Positions 10,812-22,796 of a DNA stretch of 64,000 bases are shown piece by piece. The stretch spans positions 1 through 64,000 of the forward strand of contig CM059432.1 in NCBI GenBank assembly GCA_030390025.1. Reading direction: 5' to 3'. The notes under the pieces were generated by a model. The model ran no database searches. It was not told the DNA's origin and saw only the letters and a program-made list of their open reading frames with translations. The stretch is from Squalus acanthias (Eukaryota). The first letter of the stretch is position 1. Each line of letters starts with the position of its first letter. A program made the position numbers and the translations under genes.

Positions 10812-13800
10812 TGTAAATCTCCTCTGTACCCTCTCTAGTGCAATCACACCTTCCTGTAATGTGGTGACCAGAACTGCACGCAGTACTCTAGCTGAGGCCT
10901 AACTTGTGTTTTATACAGTTGAAGCATAACCCCCCTGCTCTTGTATTCTATGCCACGGCTAATAAAGGCAAGCATTCCGTATGCCTTCTTAACCACCTTA
11001 TCTACTTGGCCTGCTACCTTCAGGGATCTGTGGCCATGCACTCCAAGGTCCCTTTGTTGCTCTACACTACTCAGTGTCCTACCATTTAATGTGTATTCCC
11101 TTTCCTTGTTAGCCCTCCCCAAATGCATTACCTCACACTTCTCCGGATTGAATTCCATTTGCCACTGTTCTGCCCACCTGACCAATTTATTGATATCTTC
11201 CTGCAGTCTACAGCTTCCTTCTTCAGTATCAACCACACAGACGATTTTAGTATCATCTGCAAACTTCTTAATCATACCCCCTATATTCAAGTCTAGATCG
11301 TTGATATATACCACAAAAAGCAAGGGACCTAGTACTGAGCCCTGCGGAACCCCACTGGAAACAGCCTTCCAGTCACAAAAACACCCATCAACCATTACCC
11401 TCTGCTTCCTGTCTCTGAGCCAGTTTTCAATCCAACTTGACACTTTGCCCTGGATCCCATGGGCTTTTAACTTCGTGACCAGTCTGCCATGTGGAACCTT
11501 ATCAAAAGTCCATATACACTACATCAAACGCACTACCCTCATCTACCCTCCTTGATACCTCCTCAAAAAATTCAATCAAGTTTGTCAGACATGACCTTCC
11601 CTTAACAAATCCGTGCTGACTATCCTTGATTAATCCGTGTCTTTCTAAATGAAGATTTATCCTGTCCTTCAGAATTCTTTCCAATAATTTTCCTACCACC
11701 GAGGTTAGGCTGACTGGCCTATAATTAATCGGACTATCCTTTTCTCCCTTTTTAAACAAGGGTACCACATTAGCAGTCCTCCAGTCCTCTGGCACCACAC
11801 CTGAAGCCAGAGAGGATTGAAAAATGATGGTCAGGGCCTCTGCTATTTCCTCTTTTGCTTTGCTTAACAGCCTGGGATACATTTCATCCGGGCCTGGTGA
11901 TTTATCCACTTTTAAAGCTGCTAAACCCCTTAATACTTCATCTGTCATTATGTTTATTTCATCGAATATTTCACACTCCTCCCCCCTGATAGCAATGTCT
12001 GCTTCGCCCCTCTCCTTTGTGAAAACAGACGCAAAGTATTGATTAAGAACCCTACCGACGTCTCCCGCCTCCACACACAGATTACCCTCATGATCTCTAA
12101 TAGGCCCTACCCTTTCTTTAGTTATCCTCTTACTCTTCATATATTTATAAAACATCTTTGGGTTTTCCTTGATTTTACTTGCCAAGAATTTTTCATGCTC
12201 TCTCTTTGCTTTCCTAATATCCTTTTTAATTGCACCCCTGCACTTTCTGTACTCCTCTAAAGATTCTGGAGTATTTAGCCCTCGGTATCTGTCATACGCC
12301 TCCCTTTTTTTCTTTATCCTACTCTGTCTGTTCCTAGACATCCAGGGGGCTCTAGATTTGTTAGTCCCACCTTTTTTCTTTAAGGGCACATATTTGGTCT
12401 GAACCCTCCGGATCTCCTCCTTGAATGCCTCCCACTGCTCTGACACTGATTTACCTTCAAGTAGCTGTTTCCAGTCCACTATGGCTAAATCCCCTCTGAG
12501 CTTACGAGAAATACCCAGAAATACGAGAAAACCAAGGGTGTGACGAGAATGAGGAACTTAAAGAAATTATTATTAGTAAAAAAACAGTACTCGCAAAATT
12601 AATGGGACTAAAAGTCGACAAATCCCAAGGACTGGATGACTTACATTCTAGGGTTTTGAAAGAGGTGGCCATTGGAATAGTGGACGCATTGGTTGTCATC
12701 TTCCAAAATTCTATAGATTCTGGAACAGTTCCTGCAGATTGGAGGATAGCAAATGTAACCCCGCTATTTAAGAAAGGAGGGAGAGAGAAAACGGGGAACT
12801 ACAGACCTGTTAGCCTCACATCAGTAGTTGGGAAAATGCTGGAATCTATTATAAAGGATGCAATAACTGGGCACTTAGAAACTAATAGTAAGATTGGGCA
12901 GAGTCAACATGGATTTATGAAAGGGAAATCCTGTTTGACAAACCTATTGGAGTTCTTTGAGGATGTAACTAGTGGAGTAGACAAAGGGGAACCGGTAGAT
13001 GTGGTGTATCTGGATTTTCGGAAGACCTTTGATAAGGTCCCACACAAGAGGTTGGTGAACAAAATTAGGGCACATGGAATTGGGGGTAATATACTAGCAT
13101 GGATTGAGAATTGGTTAACAGACAGAAAACAAAGAGTAGGGATGAACAGGTCTTTTTCAGGATGGCAGGCTGTGACTAGTGGGGTACCGCAAGGATCGAT
13201 GCTTGGGCCTCAGCTATTCACAATCTATACCAATTATTTGGATGAGGGGACTAAATGTAACATTTCCAAATTTGCTGATGATACAAAGCTAGGTGACGGT
13301 GTCAATTGCGAAGAGGATGTGAAGAGGCTTCAAGGGGATCTCGACAGGCTCAGTGAGTGGGCGAGAACATGGCAGATGGAATATAACGTGGATAAATGTG
13401 AAGTTATCCACTTTGGTAGAAAAAAACAGAAAGGCAGAGTATTTCCTAAATGGTGAAAGATTGGGGAATGCAGATGCTCAAAGGGTCCTGGGTGTCCTTG
13501 TACATGAGTCACTGAAAATGAATGTGCAGGTGCAGCAAGCCATTAGGAAGGCAAATGGTATGCTGGCCTTCATTACAAGAGGATTTGAGTACAGGAGTAA
13601 AGAAGTCTTACTCCAATTATATAGGGCCTTGGTGAGACCACACCTGGAGTACTATGTACAATTTTGGTCTCCTTACCTAAGGAAGTATATACTTACCATA
13701 GAGGGAGTGCAACGAAGGTTCACGAGGTTGATTCCTGGGATGGCGGGACTGTCGTATGAGAAGAGATTGAGTAAACTAGGCCTGTATTCTCTTGAATTCA

Positions 13801-13890
13801 GAAGAATGAGAGGGGATCTCATTGAAGCATACAAAATTATTACAGGGCTTGATAGGATGGATGCTGGGAGAATGTTTCCCTTAGCTGGGG

Positions 13891-14606
13891 TGCAGAAATA
13901 TGAACTGGTGAATTGTGTAAAATGGTTGCCTTTAGAAAATGGTCGAGGACTGCGAAAACTGCAGCCACAGTGAGATCTGAAATAAACAAAACCTTGAAGC
14001 TGGGGGCCGAGGGCTGCTCAAATAACACAGTATACAGGCCTGCAAGAGAAGACAAGCTCGCAGGATGATCGAGTCTACAACAATAATTAACTCAAGATAA
14101 GGGTGACAATCTAGTCTAACGGTTGAGCAGTCGCAAATCACATAATAAGGGACCTCTGGAATCCCCGAAACGACCAAGGATACCGATTGGCTAAGGATGG
14201 ACTCATCTCAGACAAAATGGCCGAATCTGCACACGGCACATAGGTAGTGAAAATATCGATATAATAGAAGGGAGCCAAGAGCGAGTTTAGCAGCGAGAAC
14301 CTGGGAATCACACTCGAGAAGGGAGGAGCCACAAGTCCGGGACTTGTTGTCGGACACCAGCGCGAAGGCTGATCAACTTTCACACAGGTAATATTGTTTT
14401 AAGCTAGCACACATGGGAAGTGAGCCCTGTGTCATTTCCCTTGTAAGTTATTCAAACAACTTGTTAACCAATAAAGTACTGAATGTATGCAACTTACTGA
14501 GTCCGACCGACATTTGACACTTTGAACTAAGAACCATAATTGATGAACTGTTGTTGAGCTGAATACTTATTACTAGCTCAATAGATACAGTGAATCTGGG
14601 ACAACA
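13891..14606 (+). repeat. 5' LTR
   Basis: TG...CA ends, TATA-like motif at 14260 and AATAAA at 14470-14475. It aligns without gaps to 22797-23512, with about 24 mismatches by hand count. Confidence 0.95.
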
Positions 14607-14609
14607 AAC

Positions 14610-14627
14610 TGGCGACTGCGGCAGGAC
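14610..14627 (+). promoter_or_regulatory. Primer-binding site (TGGCGACTGCGGCAGGAC), tentatively tRNA-Ser type
   Basis: The TGG starts 3 nt after the LTR end. It partially matches the complement of vertebrate tRNA-Ser 3' ends (TGGCG....CGGCAGGA). Confidence 0.65.
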
Positions 14628-14641
14628 TTTTGACTTGAGAA

Positions 14642-15452
14642 GTGGGACTTTTCAAGAAGGACAAATTAAGAGTGTCAAACGGAATGAGTTGGAATCTTAA
14701 AAATAAGACACTACGTTACGGGATAACAATGGCGAGTAATAAAGGGGAGACCTCCCAGAGTTGGGAAGAACAGTATAGTAAATTAATGGTAGGAAATTAT
14801 AAAAACTGGGCAGAACAGAAAAAAGGAGGAGGTACCACAGCAGAACTCTGGGCTGCGGTACGCGAGGTAGCAGAGATAAATAGTACGGACCCTGTGATGG
14901 AATTAGCAAGTTTTAAACAGGCCACTGGGGAACACCCCCGCACCAATGCAGAACGCCTTTGGATAGTTTTCTGCAATGTCTTTGGAACACTGGAGCATGA
15001 CGACTTGGATGATACCCAAAAACCATTGTGACTAAAGTCCATCATCTCGCACGCTTCTGACCAGGGCCAAGAGGCCTGTAGAGTGTTCGACCCAAATGAG
15101 GCCACTCACAATGAAGCTTGGGTCTTAAGACGAATGATTATGGCCTGGCAAAACGACCAAAATAAACCCCCGTCCCAGTAAAAAGGGAAGGTGTATGCGT
15201 TTCAGCAGAATCAATGGAGGAATGGTCCTCCAACATGAAAGGCTGAGGGACCACCTGGGATACACAGGAGGGAACCAAGAGTACAGGGGAATTGGAGTAC
15301 CGAAGGGAGCGTGCTTTAACTGTGGGAAACAGGGACATTGGTCCCGAGAATGTGCAGCCCCGAAAAGAAGGACTAGGACAGGAGTGGTCGGAGGCTTAGG
15401 ACGAATGGCACCCGACCAGGAACAGCCAGGGCCAGAGCAGGGAGACCAATGA
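14642..15452 (+). pseudogene. gag: gag (stops and a frameshift) with CCHC zinc knuckle
   Basis: CFNCGKQGHWSREC (CX2CX4HX4C) in ORF 15195..15452, with a capsid-like helical region in ORF 14642..15031. It lies immediately after the PBS. Confidence 0.8.
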
Positions 15453-18400
15453 CTGGGTCCGACTTCGGACATCGTATGTGGGATAGGATATGACAAACAT
15501 GGACCACCTATAGTGTCAGGTACCGTAGGAGGTTTTATGGGACACAGGTGGATCCAGGACGTGCCTGAGAGACCAGCACCCTCTCTCACATAGCGATTTG
15601 ACAGACGTGACAGTTTTACTGAGCGGTTTTACTGGACACGGGCAAATGGCCACATTTACTAAACCGCTAGACATCCAATTGGGTCATTTAAAATTTAAGC
15701 ATGCCTGTTTATCGGTACCACAAATGCAGGGAGAAGAAGCGATACTCGGGATAGATTTCATGAGGAAATTTAATCTAGCCTATGATCCCGCGAACAGACA
15801 TATTTGGAGATTGCATGAAATATGTAATGATGGTTTGATACCGACCGGTCAATATGATGAACGGGTGTGTTGTATGAAAAATGTTTCCTTTAACCCCATA
15901 TTAATGACAAGTGAACCAGGGTTGCAGAAGGTGCTAAGTCAGAATTTAAATGCCTTGTAGGGGGAGGTGGTTTGTGTCAGCTTCACCTCTGACTTCTGAG
16001 CGGTTCGAATCGCTCCCACTCCCTTGGTTCTAGACCTTGGACTTATTTGGGGGTTGTGACAAAAGTGCAGCAGACAACTGGTTTTGGTGCAAGAACTTTG
16101 ATCTTTATTCAAGAGAGAAAATACAACACAACAATCTTAACACTCTAATAAAGTGGGGAACACTTCGGTACAAACGAGGGAAATAACATTAGAAGAATAC
16201 CTCACCCCTCCCAATCCCGCTTCACGAGCTAAGTTGGGCTCTAGAGAACCAGGGTTAACGCTCACCAAATGAATCCTTGACAGTTGAGCTGGTTTGCGGT
16301 TTTGGGGTTCGCTGGATTGGATTTATCGGGTGAGTACCCACTTTTCTTTGGTTAGAGGTAGGGTTTAGAGTCTTTTTAAGTAAAAAGTTTCGTAAGGCCC
16401 TTGTTGCCGCGAGGTGTCCGATGGTCACTGAGGCGGTCGCTCTGGTCTCTTCTTGCGTGTCGGCCTGCTTCTGGAGCTGTTGGCCTTCTTTGTTGAACTT
16501 CTTTCTGTTGCCCCCTCGCCTTGCTGAACTGCCTTCTTCAGAGCTGTGGAACTGCCTTCTTGCAGAACTGTGGAACTGCCTTCTTGCAGAACTGTGGAAC
16601 TGCCTTCTGCCTGCTTGTTGAACTTGTTTCTGTTGAACTGTGTAACTGTACTGGAGAACTCGAACTTGAACTGTTGAGAACGGGCCTTTAATTATACCCA
16701 TTGAAGCTTCCTTATCTGCACCAAATCAAATCCCAGTCATTGTAAGATTTTGGAGGGCTCGTTAACAGTAACTGGTTTGTAAATGTGTGAAGTGGTTTCA
16801 GAATAGCTCCATCCTGTCGATCTGTTGTTTAATTGTAGTTGAATTGTCCTCATGTTTTGGGTTTCTTGACTGGGCCTAGGATTTCTATAGAGTAGGCCGA
16901 AGTAATCTGTTTTATGCATGTCTTTAATGGGCTCTGTAAATTTGGGTGGAGACTGTTTTTCCTCAGGTATTGTTCGGATGTTAATGTCTGCTAGGGGCTG
17001 ATTTAACTCCAAGCGAGGTCATGCGGTTCCCCAGACAGTTCCCATGAACTCCAATATCCGAACTGTCTTTACAGAGGTTGATCCCACCTTCCTTTACAGC
17101 CTTTTCTCCCTCACAAGTCCAGACATGTCTTTTAAAATACCAAAATCTAGTTTTTTTCACTAAAATGTCCTTCGGTTAAGCTCAATGCATTTCACCACCT
17201 GTAATATTTAGAAAAAGAGTCCAAAGTCTTTTTTCCTTAGGGTTTGTCTTCGAGTTTTGGGGGATCTGTGAATTTTGAGAATCTTACAGCCTTTGCCACT
17301 CACAAACATGAGTGTGGTAGGACCACCGGAGAGGTGTTAATTACAGGACCCGATCCCCCACCCCAGAAACAGTATAAAATCCCAGTAGAAGCTGAAAAGG
17401 ATGTGGATAACATTATCCATAGCCTCCTGGAACAAGGCATACTTAGGCCTATCGCGTCTACCAATAACTCACCCATTTGGCCAGTCCAAAAGCCTGATAA
17501 ATCATGGCGCATGACTATAGACTACCGAGTATTAAATAACGTCACGCCTTCAGCAGCGCCCACGGTCGTCACCGCACCAAAGGCTGCTCTCAATTCTTCC
17601 CCAACCGCAAAATTCTTCACAGTATTGGATATTAGTCATGGATTTTGGTCCATACCGTTGGCCAAGGAATGTCAGTATAAATTTGCATTCACTCATAAAG
17701 GACAACAATACACTTGGACTTGTTTGCCCCAAGGTTTCCATAATAGCCCCTCGATATTCTCGAATATGACAACAAATGGGTTAAAGGGATTTTCTCAACC
17801 CTCAGCCCTTGTTCAGTACGTAGATGATATCCTACTCCAAACAGACACCCTTGAGGAACACGAGATCCTGTTACAAGAACTATTAGTAACTCTGTACAGA
17901 TTAGAGGTTAAAATAAACCCGAAAAAGGCACAGATTGGAAAACCAAAAGTGTAATATTTAGGGATGCAAGTAACCCAGGGGGCACGGGAGGTGACCGAAG
18001 ATAGAAAGAAGTCTGCCGCCACCTTACCCACCCCCACAGACGTCAAATCCCTCAGGTCCTTTTTAGGGATTACAGGGTACTGCCGGGATCACATTGAGGA
18101 CTACTCTGTGATCGCCAAACCCTTGTATAATCTACTAAGAAAGGGGGTGCTATGGGAATGGACCCAAGAACATGCGAACTCGTTCGGTAAATTAAAATCA
18201 GCATTGATCCAAGCCCCTGCACTACGAAACCCAGACATGTCTTCGAGCTTTTATCTGGAAACGGCCTCTAGCGAGGATGGTCTGTCAGCGGTATTACTGC
18301 AGGAACACTCTGGAAAGCTCCAATCTGTTGGTTACGCGTCCAGAGTTCTGACCCCCGTAGAAACAGTGTTCTCACCCTGTGAGAAAAACTTACTCAGTGT

Positions 18401-20483
18401 ATTTTGGGCCGTACATAAATTCTCCCCTACAGTCGGACTTAACTCTTTGATTATTCTCACCCCACATACTCCTATTAAAATGCTCCTGGATGGAAACTTT
18501 AAAGAAGGGGCAGTTAGTTCACAACCAATAGCTAGATGGACGCTACTCCTACCAGGAAGGGATATCCAGATTCGATATGAGCCAAAGCAAACTAGCCTAA
18601 CACAAAACATCTTATACCCCGGGGACCAACATGAGTGTAAAATTTTGTCATCAAGTGCCCTGACTGGTCCCTTTCAGACAAAATTAAGGGAGGGTGATAA
18701 CGATATAAGAATTAAAACTCATGTTTACGTAGATGGTTCATCATCAATACGGGAAGGACAACAGTGTCCAGGATTCGGAGTGGTAACTGCGACCGAGGAT
18801 GGGAAAAGGGTTCTTGAAACAACCCCAATTAAACTAGAAGGATCAAAAGGAGCACAAATAGCTGAACTAAGTGCCATAGCATATGTAGTATTGCAGCCAG
18901 AGTCATTTCCCCCACCGGTGGAAATTCATTCAGACAGCAGTTACACCTGCAACAGCCCAACAGACTTTTTACCCATTTGGCAAGCGAGAGGTTTCACGTC
19001 GGCAGACGGGAAACCATTAACAACGGGCCCACTTCCTAAAGTTATCTTTGACGCGGCCATGGCCAATCAGGGACAATATATAATGAAAAAGGTTAAAGCC
19101 CATGTAAAAACCACACCATTAGGAAATCAATTAGCAGATGAAGCAGCAAAACAAAGAGCCATTGATGGTTACCTATGGGACCCTCTGCAGGGAAAGGAAG
19201 GGACACTAACAGAAACCCTCTCGGCTGTCAAGGTATCCTCCAAGACAGTAATAGATCTAAGGGAGAGCCAAAGCTCTGACCCGGATCTGAACAATATCCA
19301 ATTAGGAAAGCCTTATCCCGAACCGTATAGTCAATATAGAACCGGTTTAACTTTAAATCAAGGAGTGGCGCTAAAGAACGGAAAATATGTGGTACCGGAG
19401 GTGGATAGACCCAAAATAATTTACCAGTTCCATGATGTGGGAGGACACCAGGGGATAGATAGAATTACTGCCAAGATTAGGGATGAATGTTGGTGGCCAG
19501 AAATACAATCAGATGTAGAGAAATACGTCAAGAACTGTTTGATTTGTGCTCAAAACAACCCTGGGAAATACAAGAATCAGGCTTTAATGGGACGCACTCG
19601 ACAGGGCAAGGGCCCCTGGGCCCAACTTCAGATAGATTATATAGGGCCACTGCCCACCTGCCCAGGAGGAAAGAAGTACATATTGGTAATAGTAGATGTA
19701 TTTTCTAAATGGATTGAGGCCTTCCCAACCAATAACAATTCAGCTGCCACCACCGCCAAAATCCTAATGGAAGAAGTGTTCTCCCGATGGGGATTACCCG
19801 AAAGCATCGACTCAGATCAAGGGATCCATTTTACTGGGCAGGTCATGAGATCGGTCATGCAGTTGGCTGGGGTAAAACAGGATTTTCACATTTCATACCA
19901 TCCAGAGTCCAGTGGGATGGTAGAAAGAATGAACAGGACCCTAAAAACTATGATGAGGAAATTGGTCCAACAAAATCATACCTCCTGGCATAGGGTGCTC
20001 CCTTCTGCATTAATGGCCATCCGGAACACGGTGGTAGCATCCACCGGCTACTCACCACATGAGCTAATGACAGGAAGGATTCTGAAAGGTATCGAGGCAT
20101 TTATGGGGATGGACCTAAGTGAAATCCAGAAGACATCCTTGTCATCTGAAAAATACAGGACTGATTTGGTGAAGTATTTGGAAGCGGCAAAAATGACCGC
20201 AGCCATAAAAATGGGAAAAAGGCATCAGAAAAGTAAAGCCTATTTTGACGGGAAAACCCACCCATGGGAAGTCAAGATAGGTGACCAGGTCATGGTTAAG
20301 ATCCAAAGGGAGGGAACATTCCTGAGCCCCAAATATGCAGGACCCTTTAGAGTAATGGAAAAAGCTAGTCCCTCCGTATATAAGATAATGGACGGACAAG
20401 GAAAGTACAAATGGCACCACATCAGTCAGTTAAAAACTTTCGGGAAAGTGGATAGTTTTCACCAGTACAACTGGATGCTTTAG
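15453..20483 (+). pseudogene. pol: pol: protease, RT, RNase H-like tether, RNase H, integrase (interrupted by a solo LTR, one nonsense codon at 17952 and a frameshift near 15530)
   Basis: Protease LWDTGGS (DTG at 15541) and ILGIDF. RT LPQGFHNSP and QYVDD. RNase H YVDGS/AEL/SDS/GNQLAD. Integrase HHCC, QIDY, SDQG, MVER and GPF. Confidence 0.92.
15956..17288 (-). mobile_element. Solo LTR (1333 bp) of an unrelated LTR element inserted in pol
   Basis: TGTA...TACA termini and GCCT TSD at 15952-15955 and 17289-17292. Minus-strand AATAAA lies at 16109-16104. Removing it restores the pol frame. Confidence 0.85.
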
Positions 20484-21050
20484 ATCCCCAGGGATTGGAT
20501 GAAGGAAATGATGGTTCAGATGACGGTAACCAATCAGATAGGTCCGATCAGGACTCAACAGGTCTGGTGGACGGAGTAGGGAACCTGTTCCTAAATGACG
20601 AACGGGACCCAAATGAATCTCCTCCTAACTCACCAATAAGGGAGACAGCGAGTACCGGGTCACCAAATTTCATGGCCGCCACTCACCAACTCCAGGGGTG
20701 GGCACACCTACCTGGAATGGATCGCTCCTCAAAGACCCCTCGTTTACAAAGGGTGACTGATATACAAGAAATAATTCATAAACTGTACATAAGAGCAGCT
20801 AGCATCTTGATCATGTTTGTATGTGTTTAGAAATGAATGCCGGAAATAATTCCAGTCGAAACCTCAGACGACTATCGCAACCGCTATCAAGAATGGAGTG
20901 AGCAGCTGTTCTGGACCCTTTTTCCATCTGGGACTTTTGGTGTTCGGAACATTCTTTATCCTATGGATCATCCATGAAATACGAAAGAATAGGGGACACC
21001 AACAGAACAACGAAGAAGGACAAGAGGAAATAGAGGCGGTTCGACAATGA
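20456..21050 (+). pseudogene. Putative accessory ORF between pol and env (acidic N-terminal part, single TM segment), degraded
   Basis: Open frame 20456-20830 is D/N/S-rich. Open frame 20850-21050 contains FFHLGLLVFGTFFILWII followed by HEIRKNR, and its TGA overlaps the env ATG (ATGA). Confidence 0.5.
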
Positions 21051-22758
21051 CGTGTTATATAATAATAACTTGTGTACTGATGATGTGTAGAATTAAACAG
21101 GGTACTGGGTGAACAGAAGGTGATTCTCGCCTCCGGGGAAAAAGACTATAATAGCGCGAATTGTATCACAGAGTTTAGTCACTGGAAGGCCCCAACCCAC
21201 GGAAACCATGAATGTAGCTGTCGTGGGATGGCTAGGACATGCCACCAGACTAGCTTTGCGGGGAACCTGACTAGGGTGTGTGTGACTTGCAGCCATACTA
21301 ACCAAGGTAAACGATCTATAGTCTGGCAGGCAAAGACCGAGAAGGATGGAATATACACAGTATCGTCAGGAGCCAATCCTCTAAGTAGACCAAATTGTAC
21401 CATCGAGGGGAGAAAGGTATGTTGTCAGATGGATCCACAGGCAAAGAGTTCACACTTATTCGTGGGATGTAGTAGTAATAGGGCGGTGGGAAACCTGACT
21501 TCTAATGCAAGGGTCCCCCAGAGACCTAATTGCTCCTGCGAAAGTCAAGGGAAGATCATAGTTCATCAGCTCCCTTCCACCCCCACCCCAGGACCAACTC
21601 CCACCCCTATGACCACTTCCCCATTCCCACCCACTCTGGCTCCTCCGAGAGAATGCCCCCAAGAAACGTCAGGACCAAAGGGAGGAGCTGTATTCAGGAC
21701 CACTGGCGAGATTGTGTATGATAATGTACAGTATGCACTGGTACCCGTCGTTTTGAATATGTCAGATCTCCAGTTGCCCGCCTGGTGTCCTACTAAACTG
21801 CAAGATATTCACCGAGACTTGATTAAGGGGTTGCTCCAACAGGAAATAGGCAATAATACTGGGGGGAACCGTACCCAGGAAGGAACAAGTGAGAGCAAGA
21901 AGGAATGAAGTTAGCGGAGGTTAAGAATATAGGGATAATACAGGAAGGACTATGGATGAGGTTTGATAATCTGTTACCATATGCTGTCGAACTAGATGGT
22001 ACCCTAGTCGATCCCACCCTAAATCAATGCCAACAAACTGACCAAATGGTAATATGCCCCGATAAGATTTATCCAACTAACGCGACAAGATGTGGGTTCA
22101 ATGGGATCAAAACCCTAAATTGTACGCTGGGAGTGGAATCTACCACTGGAAGAATCGTGAGAACCGGCTATCAGGGAAATGGAACTTACTGTTTTACCAC
22201 AACCGAGGTCAGCTATCACTATGGGAACAGGGAATGTCCCATAGAAACCCCGACCTTCTGTCTGCACCCTTTAATACCGATGAGATTGGGTAATGAAGAA
22301 ATTATCGATATTGAGCGAAGAGAAACAGGTTGAGATTAATGTGGCTGACGGTCTGAAAGGAAACTTGGACAATTACTTTGGAAAATATGACATCAGTATC
22401 CAATTAGAGAAGGAACATTTGATTAGGATCAAGCATCAGCCTTGAACTGGTATATCAGACTTACATACGAGTGGAACAGAACACACAGGAAATTGGCAAG
22501 GACATAAAGAGCATCAAGATAGACACATGGTGGGATGAAATATGGAATCGGGGTACAAATGTCAATATACACCCATGGATTAGAATATTCTCACACATTA
22601 CAGTTATTCTAGTTACTGTAATATTCCTGTGTCTGTGTGTCACCTGGAGAAGTATGATACGATTGGAAAAAGATTGAAGGGGCAACTCGAAAAAGATGGA
22701 GATGGGGCAAGTGATGAAGATGGAAGACCTGGAGGAGGCTACTAACTACAAAAGGTGA
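21047..22758 (+). pseudogene. env: env-like class I fusion glycoprotein, frameshifted and internally deleted
   Basis: Signal-like MTCYIIITCVLMMC, an RGKR motif, a Cys-rich domain and a Pro/Thr hinge. These are followed by RARR at 21892-21903, a Cys-rich block (21905..22333), a heptad region, WWDEIW and TM ITVILVTVIFLCLCV. Several N-x-S/T sequons are present. Confidence 0.8.
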
Positions 22759-22785
22759 TCAATATAATCTATGATTAAAATGATC

Positions 22786-22796
22786 AAAGGGAGGAG
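22786..22796 (+). promoter_or_regulatory. Polypurine tract
   Basis: AAAGGGAGGAG immediately before the 3' LTR. Confidence 0.85.

Noticed and set aside
16255..16701. 148-aa ORF inside the solo LTR
   Set aside because: It is low-complexity and driven by a 21-bp repeat, with no recognisable domain.
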